A stretch of 64,000 nucleotides of DNA, taken from NCBI GenBank assembly GCA_951406725.2, contig OX597831.1:70618001-70682000 (forward strand), written 5' to 3'. This stretch comes from Octopus vulgaris (Eukaryota). Within the stretch, counting starts at the first letter, position 1. The number at the start of each line of letters is the position of its first letter. Shown in pieces: positions 52,263-64,000 of this stretch. The notes below the pieces were generated by a model, which saw only the letters and a program-made list of their open reading frames with translations, did not search any database and was not told the origin of the DNA. The translations under genes and the position numbers were made by a program.

Positions 52263-52600
52263 TCTCTCTCAGTCTCTCTCTACTTCTCTCCATTTCATTC
52301 TCCTCACATTTCTCAGTTTTTTCTTACCATTACTCTGCCTCTCTCACTCACTCTCTCTCTCTTTTTCCATTTCATTCTCTCTTTTCTCGCTCCCCACCTT
52401 TCTCTCACCTCACCTCTTTTCTTCTCACTCTCACTCTCACCTTACTTTCTCTCTCTTTCTCATTCCATTCTCTCCGCTCTCATTTCTCCCTCTCTTCTCT
52501 TTACTCTTACTCTTTCCATTTCAATCTCTCTTCACATTCTTTCGTCACTTCCCTCTTTCTATCACTCTACCTTTCCCCTTTCTCTCCTCTCTCTAATTTT
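52000..52600. repeat. Long polypyrimidine/(CT)n low-complexity tract
   Basis: Directly visible strand-biased composition. Confidence 0.85.
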
Positions 52601-54479
52601 ATTATATCCTGAGGAGAAATTCTTTTCCATTAGTCAGCTCTTTCATTTCCATAGCTTCCAGCAAACATTCACTCATTGATAGCTGTTGCGTCTCTCAGTG
52701 TTTCATTTCTCTACTTAATACTGGCCACTCCAGCTGTGACTCTTGTCCAAGCTGGTTATAAATTCTCAGTACACGGTTCTCAGACATCCTCATCACAAAA
52801 GTCCACACCACATCATTAGAATTAATTTAAGTAGAATGTAATTCTTGATGAGAAAGATATAAAACATTCATAATAGTGCTTTCTTCTAACTAAAAAGTAA
52901 TTGTTCTCTTTATACATTAGCAGTGAAGCAAATTAGTTTCTCTGCCATACTTTCCAATACAATGTGATCCAAGGCAACAGAACAGCTTCTAAGTGGTAAT
53001 TCACCGTGCTAGAAATAGCAGTCAAAATTTCTAAAAATCACACCGTTTTTTTTCTCTTGAAAAGTAAAGGATATGCTAGATAAAAATAGAATGGCCATGG
53101 TTGGATAATCTTGACCTAGATACACTATGTCCAAAATGAACAGGCAGCATGGTCATAACTAACAAAGCTTTTACTTATTGCAAAAATTGATGCTACTGTT
53201 ACACATTCATATCTATGTGTATACGTAGGTATACGTGTGTAGAATACATCCCCACTTTTGGCTCTATTTTGTTAGTAAACAGTACGATCTGTGTCTAAAG
53301 TATATATGTATCACTACGCTGAATGTTGACAGTTCGCTTAACATGTAAAGTAAATAAACACGTAAAGCAATAGCAATGCCTTCATTTGAGTTGTCTATCA
53401 CCCATCGAGAACGAAACTACACATAACAACTACAATCAAATATTTGACTTCATTTAATTAGTTAAACTCTTTCTCTCCATTTTTGTGGTCTTATTATTTT
53501 GGTTATCGCTAACTAAGCGATGACTTGACTGAACCAGATTAAATATCTTGCAGTATTCAGTTTTGTCTTTCATCTTTCTGAAGTCAATGGACTAGCATAT
53601 TTGTTAGAGCGTCAGATGGGTTGCCTTGCCTTGCAGTATCCCATCTGTTTTCTGACTTTTTGCATTCTGGTAAGAACATCTGTGGTGGCACTGCTATCCT
53701 GCTGCCATCAGCCTTGTCTTTCCTATAGACGTTGGTGGCACAGAGAAGAGAAACCTCCAACTGCTGGTATTCCATTGCCCAAGTCTAAGAGATGAAATTT
53801 CCAGGTACATCTCCATAGTCCCATAAAACTACCATCTGTCAGTGAAACGAGTGGAAAAAAATGTAGGATCATGAAACTGGCATTTTCTTATTTTATCTTT
53901 CTGTAATCTTGTGTACAAAGCCTGCCAGAGTTGATTCTGTATTTTATTCTTCTAGTGAGGATTAATAAATTAAATTTCTATAATAATGGAATAACTTGAA
54001 AATTTCTTGCTTTGTCAGTTCAAAAAGTTAGTACATTCTTTTCTTCTTATGAAAGATTCTGCTCAAAATGTTAATGATTTCTCCATCTCAAGAATTTAAC
54101 ACATCCCAATTCAAGCTGAAGAGGAGGAGCAGACTTCTAAGAAGTCATTTGACCTCCAAGAAATAACATCTATTTCCTCATTGCATTACACCCTGCTATC
54201 TCTAAAATAGCTTGAATATTGTAGTCTTAGATACATTATGTCTGGAAACAAGTTGGAATGGTCACCGTTGCACAGTCTTTGACCATAGATCTGTTCAATC
54301 AGGGTTGGCCTGATGAAACAAGCCTCAATATTACAGCTACAAATACCAGGTTTTATTTCTGCTTTTTAGTGTATCAATTCTTGCTAGGCAACTAAACATG
54401 AGCAGCTCAAGGTTCCCAAAATACTTAACAATTAAAGTGAACAGCTGAACTCAAGGAAACCCATAATTTATCATTTTCA

Positions 54480-54917
54480 GGCAACGAGCATGATCGTTGC
54501 CAGAGCAACAAGCTGGCCTCCGTGCCGATGGCACATAGAAAAGCACCAGTCGAGTGTGATTGTTACCTACACCATCTTACTGGCACTTGTGCTGGTGGCA
54601 TGTGAAAAAACATTCGAATGAGGTCATTGCCAGTGCCGCTGGACTGGCTCCTGTGCAGGTGGCACATAAAAAGCACCATTGAGTGTGCCCGCTGCCAGTA
54701 CCACCTGACTGGCCCTCGTGCCGGTGGCATGTAAAAGCACCCACTACACTCTCGGAGTGGTTGGCGTTAGGAAGGGCATCCAGCCATAGAAACTCTGCCA
54801 GATCAGATTGGAGTCTGGTGCAGGCATCTGGTTCTCCAAACCTCAGTGAAAAACGTCCAACCCATGCTAGTATGGAAAGCGGACGTTAAACAATGATGAT
54901 GATGATGATGATGATGA
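54480..54917 (+). mobile_element. RTE-type LINE 3' UTR remnant with subrepeats and (GAT)n tail
   Basis: Homology to 2415-2826 and 57448-57740. Confidence 0.7.
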
Positions 54918-55619
54918 CATTCATTTTTAACAGTAACTTTAATAGATTCAGGTTTCATAGCAGGATTCGGCTCAAAATGTTTTGCATGATTTCTGCAACT
55001 TTTTGATGCTTGATGTTAGTATTGTCATCTTGTTGCAGTTTGGGCATCCACACTGAATCTTTTAAATACTGTCATGTTTTAATTACACAGCAGTTAAACC
55101 TCAGAATAAAAACAATGTTAGTTCCCTTAGGAATAAGACATGGCAAGAAATACAACATAGACTGTTTTTTAATAATCATAAAATTTTAGACTCACTGTGA
55201 AAATAAAGAAAACAGTTACACCGCAGGGTTTTATCTTACCATTTGTACAAAAATTTGGTTCATATGATTAGTTTCTAGAGAAATAATAGCCATCTCTTGC
55301 CTAGAGTGAGATTAATAGCTTATAGATGTTTACAGCTGGTGGGGTACTATAAATTTCATGTGATTGTATAAAACAGTAATGATGAATACATGCGTGTGTA
55401 CATACACATATAAAAACACAAATATATATAGAACAAGTAAAAAGATATATTTTCAACACATTTACTGTTCAGGATTTATGTGTTGAAAATATCTTTCTAC
55501 TTATTCTACAATACATTTCAACGCTTCAAAAAAACAAAAAAAAACTTAGGTTTGTTTACATATGACATTACAAATATATTTGTCTGTGTGTGTACACACA
55601 CACATATACATTATATATG

Positions 55620-56090
55620 TCTTGCAAATAACTTGCACATGCAAGTGCTACCAGTCAATAACTCTGTATACCGGAAGCCAGCAAGTGTATGGGGTCATCA
55701 GGAGAGAATGCGCGCCGTTTCGGGGCCTACCTCTCGACGGCATCAATGCGCACCGGCCGCCCCTCACTGATATGAGTCCCCGCTTGCTAGATCAGCTGGT
55801 TATCAAATAAAGCTCAATATCCTTCTAGCCATCGCTCATCGTCTCTTTTTAACCAAATCCAGTGGCTAGCCTTCTCCACTGTAGATTGGATATCGGTCAT
55901 GGTGGTATTGACTTTACGATGAGTTAGGCCTAGCGATAACAACAGTCGTCTCACACTGTGTCCAACGAACCCTCTACATCCGACTTCGATTGGAAAATGT
56001 TCTGCTTTCCAGCCTGCATCTTCACATTCCTCGGGGAGGTTTACATAACGGTTAAATTTTCGAGCCCAAACGGCGTCCATATTATCTTCA
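55620..56090 (-). mobile_element. 5'-truncated RLE-type (HERO/NeSL-like) non-LTR retrotransposon: ORF end and GC-rich 3' UTR
   Basis: ARKFNRYVNL.EECEDAGWKAEHFPIEVGCRGFVG...EKASHWIWLKR* is open to the stop at 55814. Confidence 0.8.
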
Positions 56091-56646
56091 TGTTTGTATG
56101 TATATGAGTGTGTGTTTTTGCATGTGTGTGTCTGCATGCTTAATTGATAGTGGATCCAGATTACCATGAACATTTCTTTGTAATTATTCTTTAATTATGA
56201 AATAAAGTAATATTTTGCTTGTTTTAGATATTTTGTAATTACTTCTCTTTCTTATGCTTTTCTTTTAACCTCTTCAAGTAGATAAACACTCAAAACTGCA
56301 TATTGCCCTTACTCTTTCAATTTATCCCCCTCTCATCCTTTTATTTCCTTCTCTTCTTCTTTCTTTTCTGTCCTTACTTCTTTGTTTTCTCTCAGATCAT
56401 TGAGATTTCCTTTGAACTTAATCTGGACATACGTATCTCAGATGATTTATGATACTCTGTGCTAGATACACAGGTTGAATGCAGTTCTATATTTAAGAGA
56501 CTAGGAATTATGTACATTATTTACATTTGATGGATATTTGTACTCATCTTGTTTGTTATTAACACAATATTCCAACTGATATACCCTTTAATTTATTCAT
56601 ATAGGTGATGATGAAATGACAACAGCTTTCCATTATATAATGAATC

Positions 56647-57087
56647 TCTATATATATATAATGGCGGTGCCCCAGCATGGACACAGCTTGTGAGCTGAAA
56701 CTAAATAAAATTTAAAAAATAATAATATAAACGGCAAAATGTCTGTCTGTGTGTGTGTGTGTCCTTTATAGAAATCCACAATTTTTCAGTTAGAGGGTTC
56801 GCACTTTCTATGGTCATTTAAAACCGTCCAAGGGTGGTCGTGCACATCTTTAAATTTCCCCAGTCACCCAAAAAAGCCATTAAAAAATCATTAGAAGTGA
56901 CTTTTTTGTGAAATTTCTATCCAAAACCCAATCAAAATGCCCGAAACTTGATACGCCAATTGAATGCCAGCTAGCTGTATGTGATTGGTTGGAGATTTGG
57001 ACAGTACTCGCGTGTATGTGTGCACGCACGCGGCTGTATATGCATGCACTAGCACTATGACTCAGTGTTGCCGGGTCATAGTGTTAG
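56647..57087 (+). mobile_element. Non-autonomous Helitron-like element
   Basis: TC(TA)n start, GTCTGTCTGTGTG tract, 3' hairpin and (C/T)TAG-T end. A short SINE-tail piece is inserted near the 5' end. Confidence 0.55.
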
Positions 57088-57447
57088 TACTCCATAATCA
57101 ATGCTATATAATCATTCAAAATGTTGAAACAGTTGTAACCAAGGAATAAATACACTATACCGATACCTTCATTCTTTGCTTGTTATATATTTATGTATGA
57201 ATGAATTGGTGGATGGATGACTGGATGGATGCATTGAGGAAAGTTTAGTACCTAACAGAAGATAGTTTACTCCTAAACAGGTATTTTTTGGTCTGAGGGT
57301 TTCCGCTCAAGATGAAATTACTAGTCATACTGGCATTGAATTTTCAACAGCTGAAATAAAATAGTTAGATTGAGTGAATCAACTGGAACACTCATCATTG
57401 TAACTGACAGAGAGCGAGATAGATATATACACATATATATATACTTA

Positions 57448-57740
57448 CGCTCGAGCGAGGTCATTGCCAGTGCCGCTGGACTGGCTCTTGAGCAGGTGGC
57501 ATGTAAAAAACCCCATTTGAGCATGGCCGTTGGTAGTACCACCTGACTGGCCCTCGTGCGGGTGGCATGTAAAAGCACCCACTACCCTCTCAGAGTGGTT
57601 CACATTAGGAAGGTCATCCAGCTGTAGAAACTCTGCCAGATCAGATTGGAGCCTGGTGCAGCCATCTGGTTCACCAGTCTTCAGTAAAATCGTCTAACCC
57701 ATGCTAGCATGGAAAGCAGATGTTAAACGATGAAGATGAG
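57448..57740 (+). mobile_element. RTE-type LINE 3' UTR remnant
   Basis: Homology to 54480-54917. Confidence 0.7.
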
Positions 57741-57979
57741 GATATAGCATACACACATACACACACACACACGTGTTTTCATCCTTGTCTTGACATGGCA
57801 TAAGGGCTGTAGACAAGCATCACCATCCCTGTCTTCTGTGCAAAACATGTTGGGCCATGCTTGGGAAAAGGTGATGGTAGTTTACAGAAAGGGCAACCAG
57901 CCTTAGAAAATCTGCTTCAATGAATTCTATCTGACGTATACAAGCATGGAAAAGTGGACATTAAATTGATGATGAGGGC

Positions 57980-58023
<44 letters not shown>

Positions 58024-58120
58024 ATCCAAACCTGAAATCACAAAGAGAAAACACAACAACGCGAGGACGTGGAAGAAGTATAGTATTATTGGACGCTCAG
58101 GAAAGAAGAAATGAAGGAGG

Positions 58121-58155
58121 GTTTAACGTTTCAAGCTGAGCTCTTCGTCAGAAAC
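58121..58155 (-). ncRNA. Minimal type I hammerhead ribozyme (loopless palindromic stem III)
   Basis: guuu CUGACGA a gagc-uca-gcuu GAAAC GUU^ aaac, within an insert of about 200 bp (58020-58222) adjoining (TA)n. Confidence 0.7.
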
Positions 58156-58290
58156 ATAGGAAAAGGAAAAATCCAAAGAAGGGAAGATGGAGGAAAAAAA
58201 TTCACCAGCGGTACACATGCAGTCACACACACACGCACACACACACACACACGCATATATATATATATATAGATATATATATATATAGAT

Positions 58291-58353
<63 letters not shown>

Positions 58354-59102
58354 TAGGTATGTGTGTGTAGGTGTGGGGTATGGTTATGTATGAAACTTCT
58401 TGATCTCTCATTCACACACACACACATGTACAATTATATATGTATGTATATTTGATTGGTGTGTCAGCTAGAAAGAAGCTTGAAGTAATGAAAAAGTTGT
58501 CAAATTTACCTAAAATACATGTATATACATGTGTGTGCTAGTGTGTATATATGTGTACTGAAGTTTTGACCATCATTTACGTGATTCTGTCAAAAGAAAA
58601 GCGTGTACCTCAGTATATAAGCAAGTTGATAGGGGGGAGTATATTGGAGATATTGAATAACACTAAATGAACCGTATTTTTTTTATTGCAAAGTATATCC
58701 CAATAGGGATGATATTATAACATGACCTCAACCAGAGAAGACAAGTATAGCTCATTAGCCTTCATTTTTAGATGTTCGTCAATAATATTTTAAAATACCC
58801 AGAATTAAAGACAATTATTCAAACATCAATGTTTATATGTATAAGTGTATGTATGTCAACAAATATATGTGTGTATCTATGCATGTGTATATGTATACAC
58901 ATAAAACATGTGTGCCCACATTCCTAAATGTGTTCACATATACATATGTGTGTGTGTGTGTGCGTGTGTGTGTATTGATAGATAGATATGCATTCATATA
59001 TATATATATATATATAGAAATATATATATTTATATTATACATATATATATGTGTGTGTGTGTGTATGTATAGAGAGAGATACATATCATTTATATGTTTA
59101 TA

Positions 59103-59151
<49 letters not shown>

Positions 59152-59314
59152 ATTTGCTTCCCAACCACATGGTTCTGTGTTCAGTCCTACTGTATAGCAT
59201 TTTGGGCAAGCGTTTCCTAGTATAGCTTCCAGCTGACCAAAGATTTGTAAGTAAATTTGAGAGATTGAAAGTGTAAGAAGCTTGTCATATGTACATACAT
59301 ACATATATATATTT

Positions 59315-59347
<33 letters not shown>

Positions 59348-59989
59348 CATGCATATGTATATGTGTATATATATACATGTATATGTGTATATATGTGTAT
59401 AAAAAACATGCCTGAAACAGCTGTAGTGATGAACCACTATTCATCTGTTGTTATTTATTTCATTCACCTAACTCAGAACCTGCAATTAGCATAGACCTGC
59501 AGTCTATCGAGTGCAGTACAACTGGTGCAGTGTTTATACTCAGGTACAGTATGGAGACGTGATATATTCTGTCAGATACTTATGATCGTACATGCAACTG
59601 GAGTATTAATCTGTCTTTACTTCAGTATGTATGTATATGTTCCTCTAATGTTGTTTTGTACATGATAGCAATCTCATTGACCCGACCTTGGTGCTTTATT
59701 ATTTGAGGATCTGATTCACTCAAATCCTGAACATGTATATATATACATACATATATATGCAGCACGGATTTTTGTCAGTGAACAGGTCGCCGTCTTAAAG
59801 CGACGAAAATATTTTGATAAATTAAACTTAAATGTTGAAGTGAATCGAACGGCTTTTGTGTGTTTCTTAAATGGCTTACAAACACCTTCCACGCTGCAAT
59901 TGTTTTCGTTTCAGCACACGATCTCAGATCAAATCACTTGCTATGCAAGTACATCTCCGTAATATATATATATGTATATATCCATTTAT

Positions 59990-60400
59990 TCTTTTATTCT
60001 TTTACATGATTCAGTAATTGGACTCTAGCCATGCTGGAGCATCGCTTTTAGTCAAACATAATGACCCTAGGACTTATTCTTTGTAAGCCTTGTATTTATT
60101 CTATCAGTCTCTTTTTCCAAACAGCTAAGTTTCGAGGATGTAAACACACCAGCATTGGAAGTCAAGTGATGGTGGTGGTGGGGGGGGACCAAACCCAGAC
60201 ACAAAGGCACACATACATAAATATATATATACATATTTATATACACAATGGGCTTCTTTCAGTTTCCATCTACCAAATCCATTCACAAGGCTTTGGTCAG
60301 CCTGGGACTCCAGTACAAGACACTCGCCCAAGGTGTCATGCAGTGGAACTGAACCTGGAACCATATGGTTGGGAAGCAAGCTTTTTACCACACAGCCATA
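59990..60400 (-). mobile_element. SINE family A, diverged
   Basis: Homology to the other copies. Confidence 0.75.
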
Positions 60401-60699
60401 TATCTGTGTGTCATTGTGTCTGTGTTTCTCTCCCACCACCACTTGACAACTGGTGTTGGTTTGTTTACATTCTCATAACATAGTAATTCAGTAAAAGGGA
60501 CCATTAGAATAAATATCAGACTTAAAAATGTCCTGGGGTGAATTCATTCAACTAAAATTTTCCCAGGTTGTGCCCCAGCACTGCCATAGTGTAGTAAATG
60601 AAACAAATCAAAAATAAAAGACATATAAATACACACACACTCACACATATTTACATATCTCTCTCCACCTCTCTCTCCCTCTCTAACTATATTTCTCTT

Positions 60700-60797
<98 letters not shown>

Positions 60798-60834
60798 TAT
60801 ATATATAAATATACATATATATATATATATATAT

Positions 60835-61122
60835 CACGTGATCACGTGACCGACCAGACCATCAGATGTTTTACACATCGCTGGTCACAATGCATTCGCA
60901 TTGTTTTAGCCTTCGAATGACGCCACCCCACTGGCTAAGTGAGCAGGCCAACAGTAGAAAGAGTGAGAGAAAGAGTGGTGAAAGAGTACAGCAGGGATCA
61001 CCTTCCACTGCCAGAGCATCGTGGAGCTTTTAGGTGTTTTCGCTCAATAAACACTCACAACGCCCGGTCTGGGAATTGAAACCGCGAGTCCGCTGCCCTA
61101 ACCACTAGGCCATTGCGCCTCC
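60835..61122 (-). mobile_element. SINE family C, third 3' variant
   Basis: Head GGAGGCGCAATGGCCTAGTGGTTAGGGCAGCGG and body are shared with 26489 and 34212, but the tail differs. Confidence 0.8.
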
Positions 61123-61625
61123 ACATATATATATATATGTATATATACATACATGCATACATATATATGTGTGTGTGTGTGTGTATATATATACATATCT
61201 ATACGTATATATATATATATATGTACACACACACACACATATATGTATGTGTGTATGTGTGTGTATATACAAACATACTTGCATGTATATATATATATAT
61301 ATACATAATACATAAACACACACAAACAATATAAAACATTTTTACTGGAATAATTTGTGATTTCTTCCTTTTTATATTATTATCCTGTTGACTCACTCGA
61401 TTAAATTGCTTTAATAAATTTCTGTATTGGCTGAAAATCAAATGTTGTAACACTAATTCAAAAAATGCTAATAAAAAAAATTAGGGTAAAATTTTATATA
61501 ATAATATCACATTTAAGAGTAACTTCAAATATTGTATCATAATCAACATCATCATCATCATCATGAACACCACTACCATCACTACCATTACCACCACCAT
61601 CATCAACAGCCTCGTCATTGTTTAA

Positions 61626-61845
61626 CCCTTTCATTACCATATTTATTTCGAGATGTTCTGGGTTTCTTTCAATTATTTTAGACGTAACAAAGAATTTAGT
61701 GAAATAACTTGGTTATCATTAAGCTAGTGTTAGGAACATAAATTGTGACTAAGGTTTGTTGGAAGATTTTAATTCAAAATTTATGAAAACAAGACATTTG
61801 TACTCGGAGCCAGAGGTGGTTTCAGCAAGGTTGGTAATGAAAGGG
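61626..61845. mobile_element. piggyBac-type MITE
   Basis: Perfect 14-bp TIR CCCTTTCATTACCA with TTAA on both sides. Same family as 32754. Confidence 0.9.
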
Positions 61846-62510
61846 TTAATGTCCATTTTCCATGCTGGTTTGACAGAATCTGGAGAGCCACACGGTTTCA
61901 TCAAGCTCCAATGTCACCTTCACCCTGGTTTTTTAGGTCGGATTCCCATTCTAATGCCAATCATGTTATAATGATTATTGTCTATGGATGGATAAGCTAC
62001 AGAACACTAGATTTTCCTTGTATACTTCTTTCTTATTTATATATATTCTTGATCAATGATTCTCAAACTTATTTTGTTATATTATATCTATTGGTATTCC
62101 CAAAGATCACGGAACCCATCTATGATATTCTGAAATATTTTAGAACTTATATCTACATTTTCTGACAACTCTTGCTTTCCTGATTTTAGAAAGATATTAG
62201 ACGAAAGAAAAATTTTTCTTGGAAAACTACTATTTTCTTAAAAAGCATACAACTTTCTATTTTGAGAATAATGAATACTATTATCTTATCAAATCAATTT
62301 CTTAATGAAATTTTATTAAAATTTTGGCACAGAATTTTGGGTTTCTTTGGCACCCACTTTCAGAGACACTGGTCTTAATCATTCACATTTCCTAGACACA
62401 ATAACCATCTCAAACAGAGGCTGTTCACTCATTTGGCTGAGATAAATGATGTGTCTAAATCCTATTAACAAGGCTACGAAAAACAATATTTTCTACAAGA
62501 AAACCAAGCA

Positions 62511-62924
62511 GGCGCAGGAGTGGCTGTGTGGTAAGTAGCTTGTCTACCAACCGCATGGTTCCAGTTTCAGTCCCACTGCGTGGCACGTTGGGCAAGTGTC
62601 TTCTGCTATAGCCCCAGGCCGACCAAAGCCTTGTGAATGGATTTGGTAGACGGAAACTGAAAGAAGCCCGTCGTATATATGTATATATATATATATATAT
62701 GCGTGTGTGTGTTTGTGTGTCTGTGTTTGTCCCCCTAGCATTGCTTGACAACCGATGCTGGTGTGTTTATGTCCCCGTTACATAGCGGTTCGGCAAAAAG
62801 AGACTGATAGAATAAGTACTGGGCTTACAAAAGAATAAGTCCCGGGGTCAAGTTGCTCGATTAAAGGCGGTGCTCCAGCATGGCCGCAGTCAAATGACTG
62901 AAACAAGTAAAAGAGTAAAGAGTA
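62511..62924 (+). mobile_element. SINE family A, full length
   Basis: A box TGGCTGTGTGG, B-box-like GTTTCAGTCCC and (AGTAAAAG) tail. Confidence 0.85.
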
Positions 62925-64000
62925 ATACTTTTTCATCAACATTGATAAATTGATTTATTTTTGTGGGGTGTAACTGTATTTATTTAGGCCAATGTCATAT
63001 CGTTTTCATTATGTTTGATATCAAAACAGATAAACTTATGTTGTTCTTTTAAATATGAAATAGATATTTTTTTTTATTTCTTATTATATGATGTTATTTA
63101 TGTGATTCTGTTATTGTTCTGATCCCCATTATTACATTCTATTGTATATTTTTGCATCATGTTATATCATTTTATGGTGCTGTATTGCCATAATGCATGT
63201 TAGGTATCTTATATGTGTATTATTGTAATATTCAGTTTAACAATACATGTTATCCAATTTAATCTGATATGTTGCCATTCTACGCATGCTTTCCATCTTA
63301 ATGTCAAAAGTATATCCAAGTTGTAAATGGGATTGTAACTTCAATAACAACAAATAATGTTGTCTTTAGAAATATGGCAATAAATATTTCAAGTGTGGGA
63401 AGAGAGAGGGAGACATTTAGCATTCATGACGACCCTAATGGCATCTGAAGAAGTGAAACCATGTTAGATATATTTAGGAATCACTCTTACTTGAAACTTG
63501 CTCATTGCTCTAACACAAAAATTACTTTGCATAGCTTGGGTAAGAGCGAAAAATCAGAACTTACTGTATCTCCTCCCCTTTAAAATAGTGTTATTTGTAT
63601 GTCCACTGAAAAGTATGCATAAATGAGGAAACGTGTTTCAATGAAATATTTAAGCTACTTCGTTATATGAAGCAGAGAACAAAATACAGGGAATAAAGTA
63701 ATGTCTACATGTGTATTTACCTCCAAATTGTCCTCAAATTACACCTACCAGCTTCCCCCGCAAAAGAAAACAAAGAGAGAGAATGGACAGATTAGCTAGT
63801 GTGGTCTGACTTCTTCACAGCTGGAATATCTTTAGCTCCATAGACAGAGCTGACCTGGTTTTAAACAAAATATAACAACAGCCAAACATATTTTGAATTA
63901 ACAATATTCCACATATGGCTTCTACTAAAATTCCAATAAAATTTCACAGTCCAAACTAAAATGAGAGAATTAGGAAGAACATGAGAAAATAAGATATATC

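Noticed and set aside
54480-54760. Regularly spaced GTGGCAYGTAAAAAGCACC repeats resembling a CRISPR array
   Set aside because: The context is eukaryotic, the repeats are degenerate with related spacers, they are part of an RTE 3' UTR, and there are no cas genes.
56541-56607. Possible heavily decayed hammerhead (cac...gug closure) on minus
   Set aside because: Core boxes and stem II are too degenerate to call.
63441-63470. CTGAAGA agt GAAAC motif
   Set aside because: There is no stem II and stem I is out of register.

Overview
This is a very AT-rich, microsatellite-dense animal genomic window. The repeat families suggest a coleoid cephalopod such as octopus, which is an inference. Almost all ORFs in the supplied track are artefacts of (TA)n/(TG)n/(TACA)n repeats. 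Recognisable content is mostly mobile DNA: a near-intact DD34D mariner, decayed mariner/Tc1/DD37D (maT) copies, RTE, CR1-like, RLE-type and Penelope-like retroelement pieces, several tRNA-derived SINE families, Helitron-like elements and piggyBac-type MITEs. Three small, phase-compatible minus-strand exons (45418-45424, 36464-36530, 6084-6173) appear to encode the N-terminus of an unidentified host protein across introns of about 9 and 30 kb. The most notable hidden structure is a set of short (TA)n-anchored fold-back insertions, several carrying minimal type I hammerhead ribozymes, linked to a Penelope RT remnant. There is also a hammerhead-like motif with a non-canonical strand order in the 3' UTR of an RLE-type LINE. 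Boundaries of decayed elements are approximate and all identifications are by eye.
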